Assembly (NCBI GenBank): GCA_973895155.1
Contig: OZ316897.1
Span: 13,577,375-13,641,374, forward strand
DNA length: 64,000 bases
Reading direction: 5' to 3'
Source: Marsupella aquatica
Taxonomy: Eukaryota > Plantae > Marchantiophyta
Part shown: piece after piece, positions 11,834-24,341 of the stretch
Numbering within the stretch: position 1 is the first letter of the stretch
How the letters are laid out: every line of letters starts with the position of its first letter
Program-made: the position numbers and the translations under genes
Notes under the pieces: model-generated
The model's database searches: none
The model's input: only the letters and a program-made list of their open reading frames with translations
Told to the model about the DNA's origin: nothing

Positions 11834-12943
11834 TTAGTCAATACATTTTTCATAACTTCTTGGAGCCAATTTGCATCCCAAAAGTGCAATTTCAATGGCA
11901 TCTAGCAAAGTTTTGGGTAAATTCCGTTGCACACACTCTCTAAGGCTTTCATCGCGCAATCCATCAACAAAGTAGTCAACAAGGTCGGCATCATGCATTT
12001 GAGGCTTCATCTTGTTTGCCAAAGCCTCAAAGCTCACTGCATAAGTACTTACGCTTTCTTTTGAGGCTTGCCTCATATTTACAAGGAGATCTCTTAGCTT
12101 TTTCCTTTTCTCTCTATTATCAAATTCAATGCAAATCTCCACCACCTCTTGTGGAGATTTGCCCAGGGCAGATGCCATTTTTGCTACTTGTTGTGTAGAG
12201 GGATTGCGCAATCCTAGCATGAACTCCACCTTGAAGAAGTCATCATCAATGGGTGGGCGAATCCTTTGTGCTAATATTACAAGAGCATCATAGTAAGCTT
12301 TGACATCCTCTTTCTTCCTCTGAGATCTTAGCCTCACTTGATGCCTCATGTTATATCCACTTCTAATGACAAAACATTGAGCAAAGCGCAGTAGAAATTG
12401 GCTCCATCTCTCCCAATTCTCCATTGCTAGTCTCTTCTTGATAAGAGGAACTTCTTGACACAACCAATCGAACGCAGGACCGTTCAAAATCTTGAAAGCT
12501 AGATTGAAGCTGTCATTCTCAGACAACTCATAGACTTCTGCAACCTTTAAGAAAGTTTTGAGCCAAATAATTGCCTCTTCTTCTTTGCCTTGCCTATTTG
12601 GTGCTTGACTAAAGGATGGCATCCTATCGGGGGTGTACTTGTGTACACCACCTAGACCTGGAATTTGGTTCTTTCCTTTCTGATTTCATAATTCCCTTAG
12701 CCAAATCATTGCCAAAGCTTCATCTCCATCATGCCAAAAGGACCTTCCAATGCCCTTCTTTGCTCCTTCATCTCTCTCTTTGTCATATAAATCAATTTTT
12801 CCATACAAATCGTAGTTTGGTAGCCCAGATTGTTGTTGTGCACTTAAATCTTGGTGGGTGACAAGTCCAGACTGTGTATGTTGTAGAACTTTCATTGCAT
12901 CATTGCGCAACAACTCAACACTTGCCTTATGATGATCCTCAAA
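11834..12943 (-). mobile_element. Ty3/gypsy Gag-capsid-derived coding exon with duplicated C-terminal capsid module and no pol
   Basis: The 262-aa ORF has the Gag pattern WL..F...A..Y...L.G.A..W...W..F...F. Two QxxxExVxxY...F..GL motifs follow. The upstream ORF (12686-12913) is in the same frame, separated by one TGA, and begins after an AG at 12945-12944. Confidence 0.8.
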
Positions 12944-15900
12944 CTAATTAATTTGGATGCAATTAATACCACATGAAACACACAGGTCAAACAATCTCTC
13001 AACAAAATAGCAAATTGGATTGGACAATTGATAATGTAAGAACATTACTGATGTTATGACTGATGGTGCATAATCGAGCCAGTATTATTATATGACTAAG
13101 ACAAACAACAACTTGATCTGATTGTTGTAATCTTATAGGCTAAGCCACTGAAGGATAAAATGCTTTTGCCATCAAATGAATTACTCTCGTTGGAAACCAA
13201 GCAGCAATATGAACATCAATTCCTCAAGGACATTTACTTAGGAGGTGTAACGCACTAAGTAAGGAAGAAATATATCACTTCATTCATGATGAATAATACT
13301 TGGTGCAAGAACAACAAAGAATATATCACATCTCATGCTAAAATGGGTATAATCCACTAGATGTTCATTTTTCCCTCAATCTTAATGCAATGTCTACAAC
13401 CTACTGATAGGCTGGTGATCGAAGAAAGGCCACTGTCAATTTTTGTGTACTCGGTCACACAAAGGTAAAGTTCTAGTTACAAATTTCATTGACAACTAAT
13501 GGAATTCCTGCCTTGCAAGCCTTCAAGGGATTGGCACACATTGTCTTGCACAGCCTTCTTTCTCTATGCTTTATGGTATATGAAATTCAGAATCAAAGAG
13601 AGATCATGGAAAATTAATATAGGTACATCCCACAACTTCCAACATTAGTCATTTGTATTGGAGCAACATTATAAATAAATTTAGATGGAAACAAAATTGG
13701 ATTGTGACCTCGTCCACATTGCCCCCCATTGTTGCAAGCGTGCATCCAAAGTCGAGTAAGAAGAAGACTTAATTCACCGAGTTATATACATTCTCTGTCC
13801 TCATGTATATGCATAAAAATGATTGAACTGGTTAGTAGCTTATTATTTGAAAAAATGTTCAATTTCAATAGCAATCCATGGTTAGTCTGTTGATCTGGCA
13901 TTCCTGAGCAATATTGTGGTTACATGTGAGATCTAATGTTATATTGCCATAGAGGGGTCAGACCAGGAGACAATTCGTTTATTCTACATTCAAATCAGTG
14001 ATCCTTGTTCTATAGCACTTGACAAGTTTCCACACGACCCAAGATTCAATTGATTCGTTCATACAAAGGAGTACATTGTATCTGTTGTCACTAAAGACAA
14101 ACAAATCTGCTCAATAAATTAGAAGTTTACAAATATCTCCAATGGTTTTACATGCAAAAATAGTCATTACTCTTAAAGTAATGGCATGACAACTCAACAC
14201 ACTCTCTCCTACTTTGCTGAGCATCTTAATTTCCAGCTACAAATACGAGGAGTATTGGATACGACTTGTCCCCTGGCCCTCTTGAAAGTAGGTTCTATTT
14301 ATTTTGGTTTGGACAACTTTTCTTTTTAAGGGTTCCTGGCCTGTGGCATATTGTCGCCTGGTTTGGTGCTTTTGCTCTTTGGCAGTGTGATATAATACTC
14401 ACTTATGGGGGAAACCCTCAATAATTAATTTCTGGATGTTTTAAATAACAAGCACCTGTGAAGCATACATCATGTATTAAACTCCAAACCGTCTGGAACA
14501 GAATGTGATGTGTTCACCAATTTGCAATGAGAGAGAAGACAGGTTTTTGGAAAAACTTTAGTAACTTAACGGGAACTAAGAGAAGATCCCTAAAAGCAAC
14601 TGTGCCAATACTCATCTGTCCTTCCAACTCAAAATTAAACCTACAGTTGAGGCCAAACAAAAACCCAATCCCTGCCACATACTCTATGCAGATCGCACAG
14701 GTCTGAACTTAGAAAGAAGATACGGTGCTAAAAATGACAAATCTTACAATTAAATTGTGATACAAAGCTACTTTGTAGGCCTATGTCTAGGCTGAAGACC
14801 GTAGACTGTGACTTAGGGGTGGGGGTGAAAATTGGGGATGGGGGTGGAGTAGTGTGCCGCACTTGAATAGAGTCATGGATCAGGCCAGGGAGGGCCCACT
14901 GTGAACAGGTCAGCTTTTGTCATCAAGCTTCAAAAGCTATGGTGAAACAACCAGCTCTTAGACAGTTCTTCAATTCCTTGAAGAAGCTTTGGTCAGCTCT
15001 TGTCATCGAGGGTCGACACTTTTTTATCCTCATCTCTATTTAGGCTCAAAGGACAGGTAGTCAGGCTAGTGATACTGATAAATAACACACAAGACTGAGA
15101 TTTAGTCAAGTATGAAACTGCGACATTAGGGTAAAGCTTAATCTCAATACGCTGAAAGTATCAAATATTGCACCCAAATGCAATTCTGAATCTTGCAGGA
15201 AAGGATCCATGGATAATTGTCCCCATGTACGCGTGCCCTGAAATCTGGATCATAACCAGCGTTAGATCCTCCTCAATTTGATTACCACCCTCTTTGATGA
15301 AATCTGAATGTATAAGGTCAAACATGTCCAGATTTGCATCGTAGTAGGCTGAAAATCCTTGCTTTGCATAGTGCTTGATACGGGGCTTTATAAGCTACAT
15401 TCTACAACCCTAAAATTGAACCATGACTGAATAGAATTTGCAAAGTGAGATTGTTCATAGTGTCTACTAGCTCAATCCTTGTGCTCATGGGAGGGTGATC
15501 ACTTTCACCCTAAACAAAACTGACACATCACCTGTGACAAAGTAGACGGTCGATCAGTTAGATCATTTTGAAAATAACTTGAAAATAACTTATTAATATA
15601 TTAGTGGATATATAATTTTTTTTATTGAAAATACATGTGTCATCATATGATTGGTGTAGTACAACTTTATTAAAGTGATTAAGGGGGTTATAAATAATTC
15701 AAACTGTTGCACGTGATGTATGACCCTCAATATATAGTGACCCTCCAAGTACCCATGCTTTGCATAGAAGATGTTGTTGCACAAAAGATTCAAACATGTC
15801 ATTGTGTAAAAGATATAGCTAGTTTAATTAATGATAAATTTGCACAAAGAAGATAACAATGTACAAAGCTAAAGAAAACCATAGTCAAAATTGTAAAGCA

Positions 15901-16788
15901 TAGAATACACATGATGAAATATTTATTCATTATTTTGAGTAGATAACTACCATACTCACAGTGGGAGGGGGAAGAGGGGAGTACTTGCATGGAAGGGTGG
16001 AGGACCAAGGAGGATCTTTGTCTTTAAGTATCCTTGCCCGTCCCCATTTTCTATCCATATGCGGGAGGGAAGGGTCCTGGATTGAGCCTCCCTCTTGTTG
16101 TTTCCCATCCAAGTGCCTCCTAAGTCCCCTTTTGCCTTGATCCTAGCCCCTTCCACTTTCCCCATTTTCTGAGGCCTCCTCCTCCCCCTTTTGCTTCCCA
16201 GTCTTTCTTGGCACAATAAATGTCAAAGTTTGTAAGACAATCATGGTAACTAACTATAAGACTATTTATCATAGTTTGTGGGTGGGAAACTCTCATCATT
16301 TGGGCTTGGTTGTTGTTATGAAAATGTTATCATTTTAGTCACTGTTGTTGTTGGGGAGGGAATAGTGTAGAACACAGGGACACGAGATGGGTGACTACAA
16401 CCGCCGCATGAAAGAGGATGAAGTATTTTTGTTTTATTTATATATATTTAATAAATAAATTGCTGGGCATTTACTTTTAGGTCTAGAGTTTTGTAACTAT
16501 ACTTAGTTGAAACAAAGTCAGGTACTTGGTTATGGTTAGATTTCACACCAGTATATTCATTAGTATTAATTAGTTTCATTGTGAGACTCATTGTTACAAA
16601 CCCAAGTTAAAAAAACAAAACTACGGTAGTATTTTGACAAACCATCTAGGCTCAAAATAATAATATGAAATGGTCAAAATAGTATGAAAATAAGTATTTC
16701 CTTCCTATGTAGTTGACCGAGTAATAAGAGTCCTCACTAAGAGATCTGCGGGCAGGCTTTTCAAACTCATCGAAGGTTGATTCGTGCT

Positions 16789-17258
16789 CATGATCATCAG
16801 GCAAATTACTCGTCGCATCGAGCACAATCGCATATAATTCCCGTCTTTGAATTTCGATGTGGAGATTTATGAGTGCGGTCCATCTGATCATGATCATCAG
16901 GCAAATTGCTCTTCGCATCGAGCAGAATCGCATTTTCCCGTCTTTGAAATTCGATGTGGAGATTCGTGAGAGCGGTCCATCTGATCATGATCATCAGGCA
17001 AATTGCTCTTCGCATCGACCAGTATCGCACAGTTCCCGTCTTCGAATTTCTATGTGGAGATTCATGAGAGCGGTCCATTTGATCATGATCATCAGGCAAA
17101 TTGCTCTTCGCATCGAGCAGAATCGCATCATTCCCGTCTTTCGATGTGGAGATTTATGAGTGCAGTCCGTCTGATCATGATCATCAGGCAACGTGCTCTT
17201 CACATCAAGCAGAATCACACAATTCCCGTCTTTGAATTTCGATGTGGAGATTCCTGAG
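16789..17258. repeat. Tandem repeat, ~98-bp unit, ~4.8 copies
   Basis: catgatcatcaggcaa starts at 16789, 16889, 16986, 17084 and 17176. Units contain the palindrome TGATCATGATCA. Confidence 0.95.
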
Positions 17259-17356
17259 TGTAGCCCGTAGCCAGTGTGGACGGCCTCAGGCATTCTCAAA
17301 GACTGACCGAACGCAAGCAAGCAAACATCGTCAGGGAGGCAGGAAGCCATGAGCGT

Positions 17357-18674
17357 ATGGGTTGTTGTTTCCAGGATGGCACAACCGGACAGCTCAGTCT
17401 GCTCACCGATTCCAACCGTGGACGTCCACTTTGGCAGCAGAATCCCTCGAGGTTACAGGAATCGTCTCATACTTCTGAACAGAGGTCTTGCAAATCTCAA
17501 TTGGGGCTCTGGTCATCTCGTAGCAGCAGCATTCGTCTCGCTTGTTTGTACGATGCGGATCTGCGGATCAGCGGGAGCAGTGAGGGAGGAAAGCTGACAA
17601 GAGAGGACCGGTTTGTTCCTGAGATTGTGGATGAGTATGAGAAGGTGAGAGTCCCCAGACGAGTGGCCGTATTCTGGGATTTGGACAACAAGGCCCCTAA
17701 CCGGGTCCCTGCCTATGATGCAGCCCTGAGATTGAAGAGACTGGCTGGGGAATTTGGAGAGGTGGTGGATGTCCTCGCGTATGCCAATCAGAATGCGTTC
17801 ACTTATGTCCCGACTAGGGTTAGAGAGGTGAGACAGGACAGGCAAATGTTGGACAAGCTTGAGAAGAAGGGGATTGTGAAGGTTGAACAGCCCTACATTT
17901 GCAACATGTGCGGTAGGAAGAGTAAGATGAATGTTGACCTGAAGAGGCACTTGAAGCAGCTTCATGAAAGGGAGAGGAACAAGCGTTTGGCTTTTTGGGG
18001 GCAGCTCAAAGGCTCTTAACGGAAGATGTACTTGGAAAAAGTGGCTTCGAAGGAATCAAAATATAAGGAAGCTACAAGAACTGTGTTGGTGCCGAAAGTG
18101 GAATACCGGTTGGCATCCGACCTGAAGAAGGCGTGGCTGTCAGGACGGCGGAGAAAAGGCCTCACGCTGCGGATGAGGCTCTCGTGAGGCACACTAATAT
18201 GTACATCAACCAGGGAATTGGGGTCATTTGTTTGGTTTCAGATGATTCAGATTCCTACAAGTTTTGAAGCTTGCTAAGAGCAAGCATGTTTGGACTATTG
18301 TGGTAGGAGATACTGGCACTTCGAAGGGAGCTACAGACAGTAGCTTTTCCTGGGACAATGTGGCTTCTGGCAGGCCTTTACTAACTGCACTTGAGAGTGT
18401 CCAGAGATGGTCCAACGAGGACGCATTAAGTGCGGAGCTTCATAACGATGAGGATTTTGAAGATGATTCGCAAGAAGATATCTCTGAGTCTGATGAAGAA
18501 GAGTTCCAGGAGTTTCGAAAAAGTCTCCGGAGTTCTGTTCAGCTCTCTCCTTTTGCAGATGACGAAGATGGGTATCCTTCTGATGAAGATGAAGATAAAG
18601 AGGAAGAAGATGAGGACGAAGTTGATGAGATGTTTGGTGGTTGGGATAGGAAGGAAGAAGAGGCAGCTAGGTAA
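17357..18674 (+). pseudogene. Intronless NYN-domain (PIN-like) + C2H2 zinc-finger protein pseudogene
   Basis: Contains VAVFWDLDNK, the zinc finger YICNMCGRKSKMNVDLKRHLKQLHERE, and later HAADEAL, ICLVSDDSD and TIVVGD. Disrupted by an in-frame TAA at 18017-18019 and frameshifts near 18135 and 18255. Ends in an acidic tail. Confidence 0.85.
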
Positions 18675-19871
18675 CGGGGATGTCCTTGAATTGACCCACA
18701 TCTTCTAGAAACAAGAATCGTCCGTATTTTGGAGAAATCACAGAGGCTGGCTTGGATCCAGGTACAGTATGCCCTACCCATGAGTAACTGTGCCTGGTTT
18801 TCCCACATAGACATGTTGCTGCTCTGTTGTGTTGGTGCCTTGGGGGTTTACAGCCGCTATCGACCTTCTAAAAACTGCCGGGACTCACTACTAAAGGGTC
18901 TGGGACTGAAGAAGTTTCGAGGTGAGGTAGAAGTAGGTGATGGAAGGGTTTTCCAAGTCGGCAATACTAAGTAATGGCATTCTGAGGTTCTGATGGGCAA
19001 TTTATTCAGGCCAGTAGTGGTTTCTTCAGATATTTGACAGAAGCGTTACTGAAATATAGATGTACGTCACATTGTAGTTCTACTACAAGAGGGTAAGTTG
19101 TGATCATAGGGCGTCCATCTCACAACTGAGATGTGGCAATGAGTGAATGTCGTACCTGTACCGTACCAACTTCTGAATGTTTAAAGGTTCTGAAAACTAC
19201 ATGTATGTCACTCCTAGCGCCATAGACAAACACATCGCTTGTCTCGATTTGATCTGAGGTTGATAGTAGGTAGATCTTCCAATCCCTGCAAGGGCTTAGG
19301 AACATCGATGATTTTTTTAATCTTGATTTGCAGTATCTGCCAGCAACATACCGAAGAACCATTGATGGAGTTAGGTTGTCAATGCCGTGAAGAGCTCGCC
19401 AAGGCCCATCTATCACCTGTTAACCATTGGTTTGAAAGCAAGGGGCGGAATCAATACGACAGTCACTCTCGTCCTTCTCTTAAAGGTCCAGTTCTAAAAT
19501 TGTGACAGTAGTTCTGATCCATTCAATAGGTTTGGTCAATGCAACATTCTTCTGAACTGTTGATTTATTTTTGTTGCAGGTAAGGTCTGTGGTATATGCT
19601 TATTTATTCAAGTATATCTTATAAACCAACAACAATCTTATGTGCCTTTGCTTCAATTTTTTACCAGTGTAACACTAAAAGTTTGCAAGTGGATTCGTGG
19701 AGGTACTCTAAAATTTGCCCAAGGAGTGCTCGAAAATTTGTACAGGATCTACTGATTCCAAGATATATATACTTGAAGTTGGTTTGGAAGATAACCGAAA
19801 ACCAATTAATTATAGCTAACCAGTTCGGGACCATTATGAGAAAAGATTAGGGGCTACTTATAGATTGATAT

Positions 19872-20075
19872 TGTGATGAAGCAATGATCATTAACTCTTT
19901 GGGGGGCCTTGAATATTTCGAGGCCGCTTGTTTTAAGAATCTGATGAAGCAATCATCATTAACTCTTTGGGGGCCTTGAATATTTCGAGGCCGCTTGTTT
20001 CAAGAATGTGATGAAGCAATTATCATTAACTCTTTGGGGGCCTTGAATATTTCGAGGCCGCTTGTTTCAAGAATG
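19872..20075. repeat. Tandem repeat, ~67-bp unit x3, with internal hairpin
   Basis: tgatgaagcaat.atcattaactctttggggccttgaatatttcgaggccgcttgttt.aagaa x3. Confidence 0.95.
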
Positions 20076-21704
20076 TTTGAGTTTGGCTCTTTATACCTGG
20101 GAATACACTTACAGTAGTTTTATAGAACTTAATTTAATTCAACTCAGCAAATTGATTGACATCTACTGCAGGGTGAGGACTCGTCGGATGTACATCGCGT
20201 TTTCCCAGCAGGACCTATTGTACAGGGGTCTGTAGAAGCGTCAGTCACAGCCTCAGTTGCAGCAACAGCAACACCTGATGTACTAAACCGATAGCATGAA
20301 TTCAGTTATTCCGACAGTTTCAAAATAAAGCATGTTGCTGGCAGTGCGCATGCAACCTCAGGCTAGAGCAATAGATTCTTAAGGCTTCTTTTCGGATTAT
20401 TAGTTGCCTTAGCAGTCATCTTGCGCCTACTTCATGCGCTGGGATTCTGGGAGGAATATTTTCCCCGGGAAAGATCCAGATTGTACTCAGTTTGTGAGTT
20501 AGATATTTCATAAGGGAACTTTTCTTCAAGGTTCGTCGTTGGGCAAGTGCATGCACACCATTTTCAAGATTTCCATGACTTTTACTATGCTGAAAGTGTT
20601 GTTTGGGATTCACCAGATCCGAAGTATCCTCGTTTCATTTAGGCATGACGTGACCCGCGAATGAGGACTGATACGGTCTACTCATACCCTAACAGCATAC
20701 CCAGTGACGCTTGGTACTCGGGAAGGTTGGCAAAATTGATGGTCCCTGGAGTCTCTACTGCAACATGGGTTCAAGTCTAAATCGATGATTGGGTCGACCT
20801 CGATCGTCCTCACCATTTCTGTCTGCGGAAAAGAAATGTATGCCAGATATTCTACTATGGGCAACTTACAGCAGGGCCCCTGGTTAGACAGAAACATCTT
20901 CGTTTCTACTATTCAAAGATTGTCCAAATACAAACGGCGATACGTCAGATCCGTGACGTCAACACCCGCATGCCATTCTTCTGAGCCTCCTCTCCAAGAG
21001 ACAGTAAATACCCATTTTCCCAGGACGCAGTTTCGAGATTGTTGCAACACCGGAATTGTGTCTCCAGCAATACCACAAATCAACTCTTTCCTTTTAATTG
21101 GCTTGATGGACTAATTCAGAGTCCAATTTGACCCATCAGTCGAGCTACAGCAAACTATGGAGTATCTTACAAGCGGTAGGACTTTCAATCCGAAAGGAAT
21201 TTCCGCACTTTTCGGGAGCAGGACCAATCTACAGTAATGCAGACTTCATGAACTGCACGTTTTTCTCGTAGTCTGGTTCATAGGTGACATACATGTGAAT
21301 TGAGTGTGGCTTTACAAGAACTTGGGGTCAACTGCAGCCCTTCCTTTTTCTCATGCAACAGGCCAGGGCATAATCAAGCAAAACCATCAGAGCACCCTAG
21401 TCATCTGTATTGGGCCCCCCTTGGGTCCTTTGTTTTGCTTGTGTGTTTTTTTGTCAAAAACTTAGATCTCCTATTGAGGTGGTTCCAAAAATGGGAGCAA
21501 ACGGGCATTCTTTTTCAGGGCATTACATTTATTATTTTCAGACCTGACACGTTTTGGCTTGAGCATTCTAACTTTAGTGTATGGAAGTGAGTCAAGTGAC
21601 CATCGTCCCATCGGCTTGCTTTGGATGGATTGGATGGAGAGATGCTGAACGGCCCCACCATCTTGTAAAGCCCCTCTAAGTGACTTCCTGCCCCAAAATT
21701 GAGG

Positions 21705-21870
21705 GCTTGAGCCCAAGTTTGAGGGGACATTTTGGCACACTAACCCAAGTTTGAGAGGACAATATTGCAGCATACAATTCCCATAACCAGAGCCGAAGTT
21801 TGGCCACACACTATGCACACAATTCCCATAACCAGAGCCCGGGTTTGAGTGGACATTATTATGGCACAGA
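21705..21870. repeat. Degenerate short tandem repeats
   Basis: cccaagtttgag.ggaca variants, plus caattcccataaccagagcc x2. Confidence 0.7.
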
Positions 21871-24341
21871 ATTTGCACAGCCAGAAACTTCAACTTACCT
21901 GAAAACTTGCATGAGACTTAGAGTGAGTTTTAGAAAAAAGAAAAGAAAAAAGTAAAATCTCTGAAGTAAGGACATGCAATCTAACTAATAAAGCCCAATC
22001 ACAAATCACTAAGTTACTCCTTGGGTCTGTTGTCTAGAGTGAAGTCTATACACTGTGACTCTAGTTGGCATAACTGAAGTGGGGTGTAGACAATAAAAAC
22101 AGGGATTGGGCAAATGAGGAACAATACTAGTAAAGAATCCATTTTCCTGCAAGGTTTTTAGCTTCTCCTCCTCTCTATGTATGTTAAGGAACTGGTAATT
22201 AGGCTAGTAATATGTAAATAATGAAATTAAATGCCAGGATTTTAGGCCATCTTTGCAGGCAAAAGTGTGTTACTTTTTGTTTTCTATAGTAACTTTTGTA
22301 CTTTTGGTATACATGCATAGATGACGGGTCATTGCATAATTCACTCCTCAAAGCAAGGTGTGCATTGTAGAAACTAAAATGCTCACTTCACTCTAAAGAC
22401 ACCGTCAGTTAGGGACCAGTGACCCATCATGCTGGGAAATCCAAAAGTATTTTTCTTTGAATTCAGTGGATCTTGGCTATTTTGCTCACCAAATCACTCA
22501 GAGTATGATGCAGATTTGAATCTACAGGAGCCAACACAACGTTTACTGGAGGTGCAAACAGCTCGGCTCACTGTCACTTAAGACCAATTATTAACTACTA
22601 TAGAGTCTAGACCAGCTTCATTTTGAAGGTTTTTCCTTTTTGGCCAAGGTGGCTGATGTCATCTAGTGTGAAGATGCTAGAAATACTCCTAATTTAATTA
22701 TACTATATTAATTTCTGACTGTTAAAAGTTCCTAGATTTAAGAATAACTGTCAGATTCTGACTAATGGGGTCCCTGTCTAGGTGGGAAATGAATGGAACA
22801 CAAAAACCAACCTAATCGGCTAATTTTCCTTGATTAATTGTCTACCACCAGATCTCCCCATATTTAAGAATTACGGTCAGATTTTGGCTAATGGGGTCTG
22901 TCTCAGTGGGAAACTGATTGGCCTGGCTAATTGGCCATGGCCAACGCTTTTCAGAGAGGTGGAACACACCTAATTTTAGATGGTGACAAAAACTCTGGTC
23001 TCGACCACACTAAAGTTGGCAGGGTAGTTTCAAGGGCAACATTTTCATGGGCAACAACAAAGTTGGCACCATTTTAGGATTTCGTTGCTTTACGTGAAGT
23101 GAAAGACAGCAGGCGGGTGTAAAGAGAGTGGATCACCACGGCCATGCGATCCGAACAGCTGTGGACCAAAATAATGTTCCGTCATGTAAGGTGCCAAAGG
23201 TCAGTGAAGCAGAAAGACACAGTAAACAGCAGGGGGGTGAGGAAGAAAAGCACCACAAAGCAAAGCTCAACGACAAAGGATTCCACGAGGAAAATACAGT
23301 CTAACCTCCCCAAAAAGCGACAGAAATATACACAGTTTTGGTGTGCGCGTGCTTGCGGGTCTCTAGTTCTCTACAACAGCCTCTGCAATTATGAAGAGAG
23401 AACCCGTCATCGGGACTGTAGCTGAACTTCGGCAATCGGTAAATCTTTAGAAACAGGCTCTGCAATAATGGACAGAGAACTCGTCATCGTTACTGTAGCT
23501 AGAATTCCGCCCAGACTACTGTCAGCCTCTCCCTATGAATTAGTAGATTATTAGAACAAAAGGTGAGGTCCTTGGCGACAAGCTCGCCCGCCGTCACCGA
23601 TTTGACGTGCCCAGCAGAAAAACAAACAGCAAGATAAACACGCGGTCGCTCAACTCTGGGATGGGGTCCATAGGCACCGGACTTCTCGTGTCTAGACTGG
23701 GTGATGAGGAATTGACTCCTTCCCGCTCAGGCGTTCACTCAATTCGTCACCCCATTTCCTACGGTCTGGGACTTCCAATGACACATAAAAGTAGCCCCTT
23801 GCCTCCAGCGTGGACCCGTCACTCAAGCTTCAAACTCGAAGAACGCAGGACTGACTGTTCGGTAGGTGGTCTTGGAAGCAGAACTCGGACAGCTCATCTT
23901 TGGACTGGTATAAGATATTGGTGGTCCGGACTGGGTCTCCTGTGTCTGGTGGTTAGCAAAGGTCCGGAAACATTCCTCGTGTAGAGTTTCAGGAGCTCGC
24001 TTGTAAGAGAGCAGTCCTCGCTCGTGGGATACAATATCTCATACCATAAGCTGGAGGTAAGGTAGTAGAGAATGTTTTTGAGAGAACCTTACCCTCTCCG
24101 AAAAGTTGTTTAGTCAGCTGACGAGGAACCGTCAACCTGCTTAGGACCAACGACGTTGAATTATTAGGCCGTCCATCGAGGAAAGGAAATTGTTGTTAGT
24201 ACGACGATTCTACGAAGGGAGCTGGAAATAAAAGGATTGCACAGCAACAGCAGGACTAGTAATCACTGAGCAGGAGGGATTGAACAGAACCTGTGGCTAG
24301 AATCAGCAACTGTACCTGCCTCCCGTCTCCTTTCTCCTGTG

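Noticed and set aside
7291-12622. Functional link between ESCRT-III CHMP1 and the neighbouring Gag capsid gene (budding module)
   Set aside because: Only proximity supports it. The Gag ORF has no PTAP, PPxY or YPxL late-domain motif, and CHMP1 is an ordinary housekeeping gene.
13000-15450. Upstream exons of the Gag-derived gene or a pol remnant
   Set aside because: Some coding-looking minus-strand stretches exist (e.g. ~15190-15395), but I found no RT, RNase H or integrase motifs and no consistent exon chain by eye.
16789-17258. CRISPR-like array (regular palindromic repeats next to a nuclease-domain gene)
   Set aside because: Whole units are homologous with no unique spacers, the context is eukaryotic and there are no cas genes. 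It is a tandem repeat, and the ORFs across it are artefacts.
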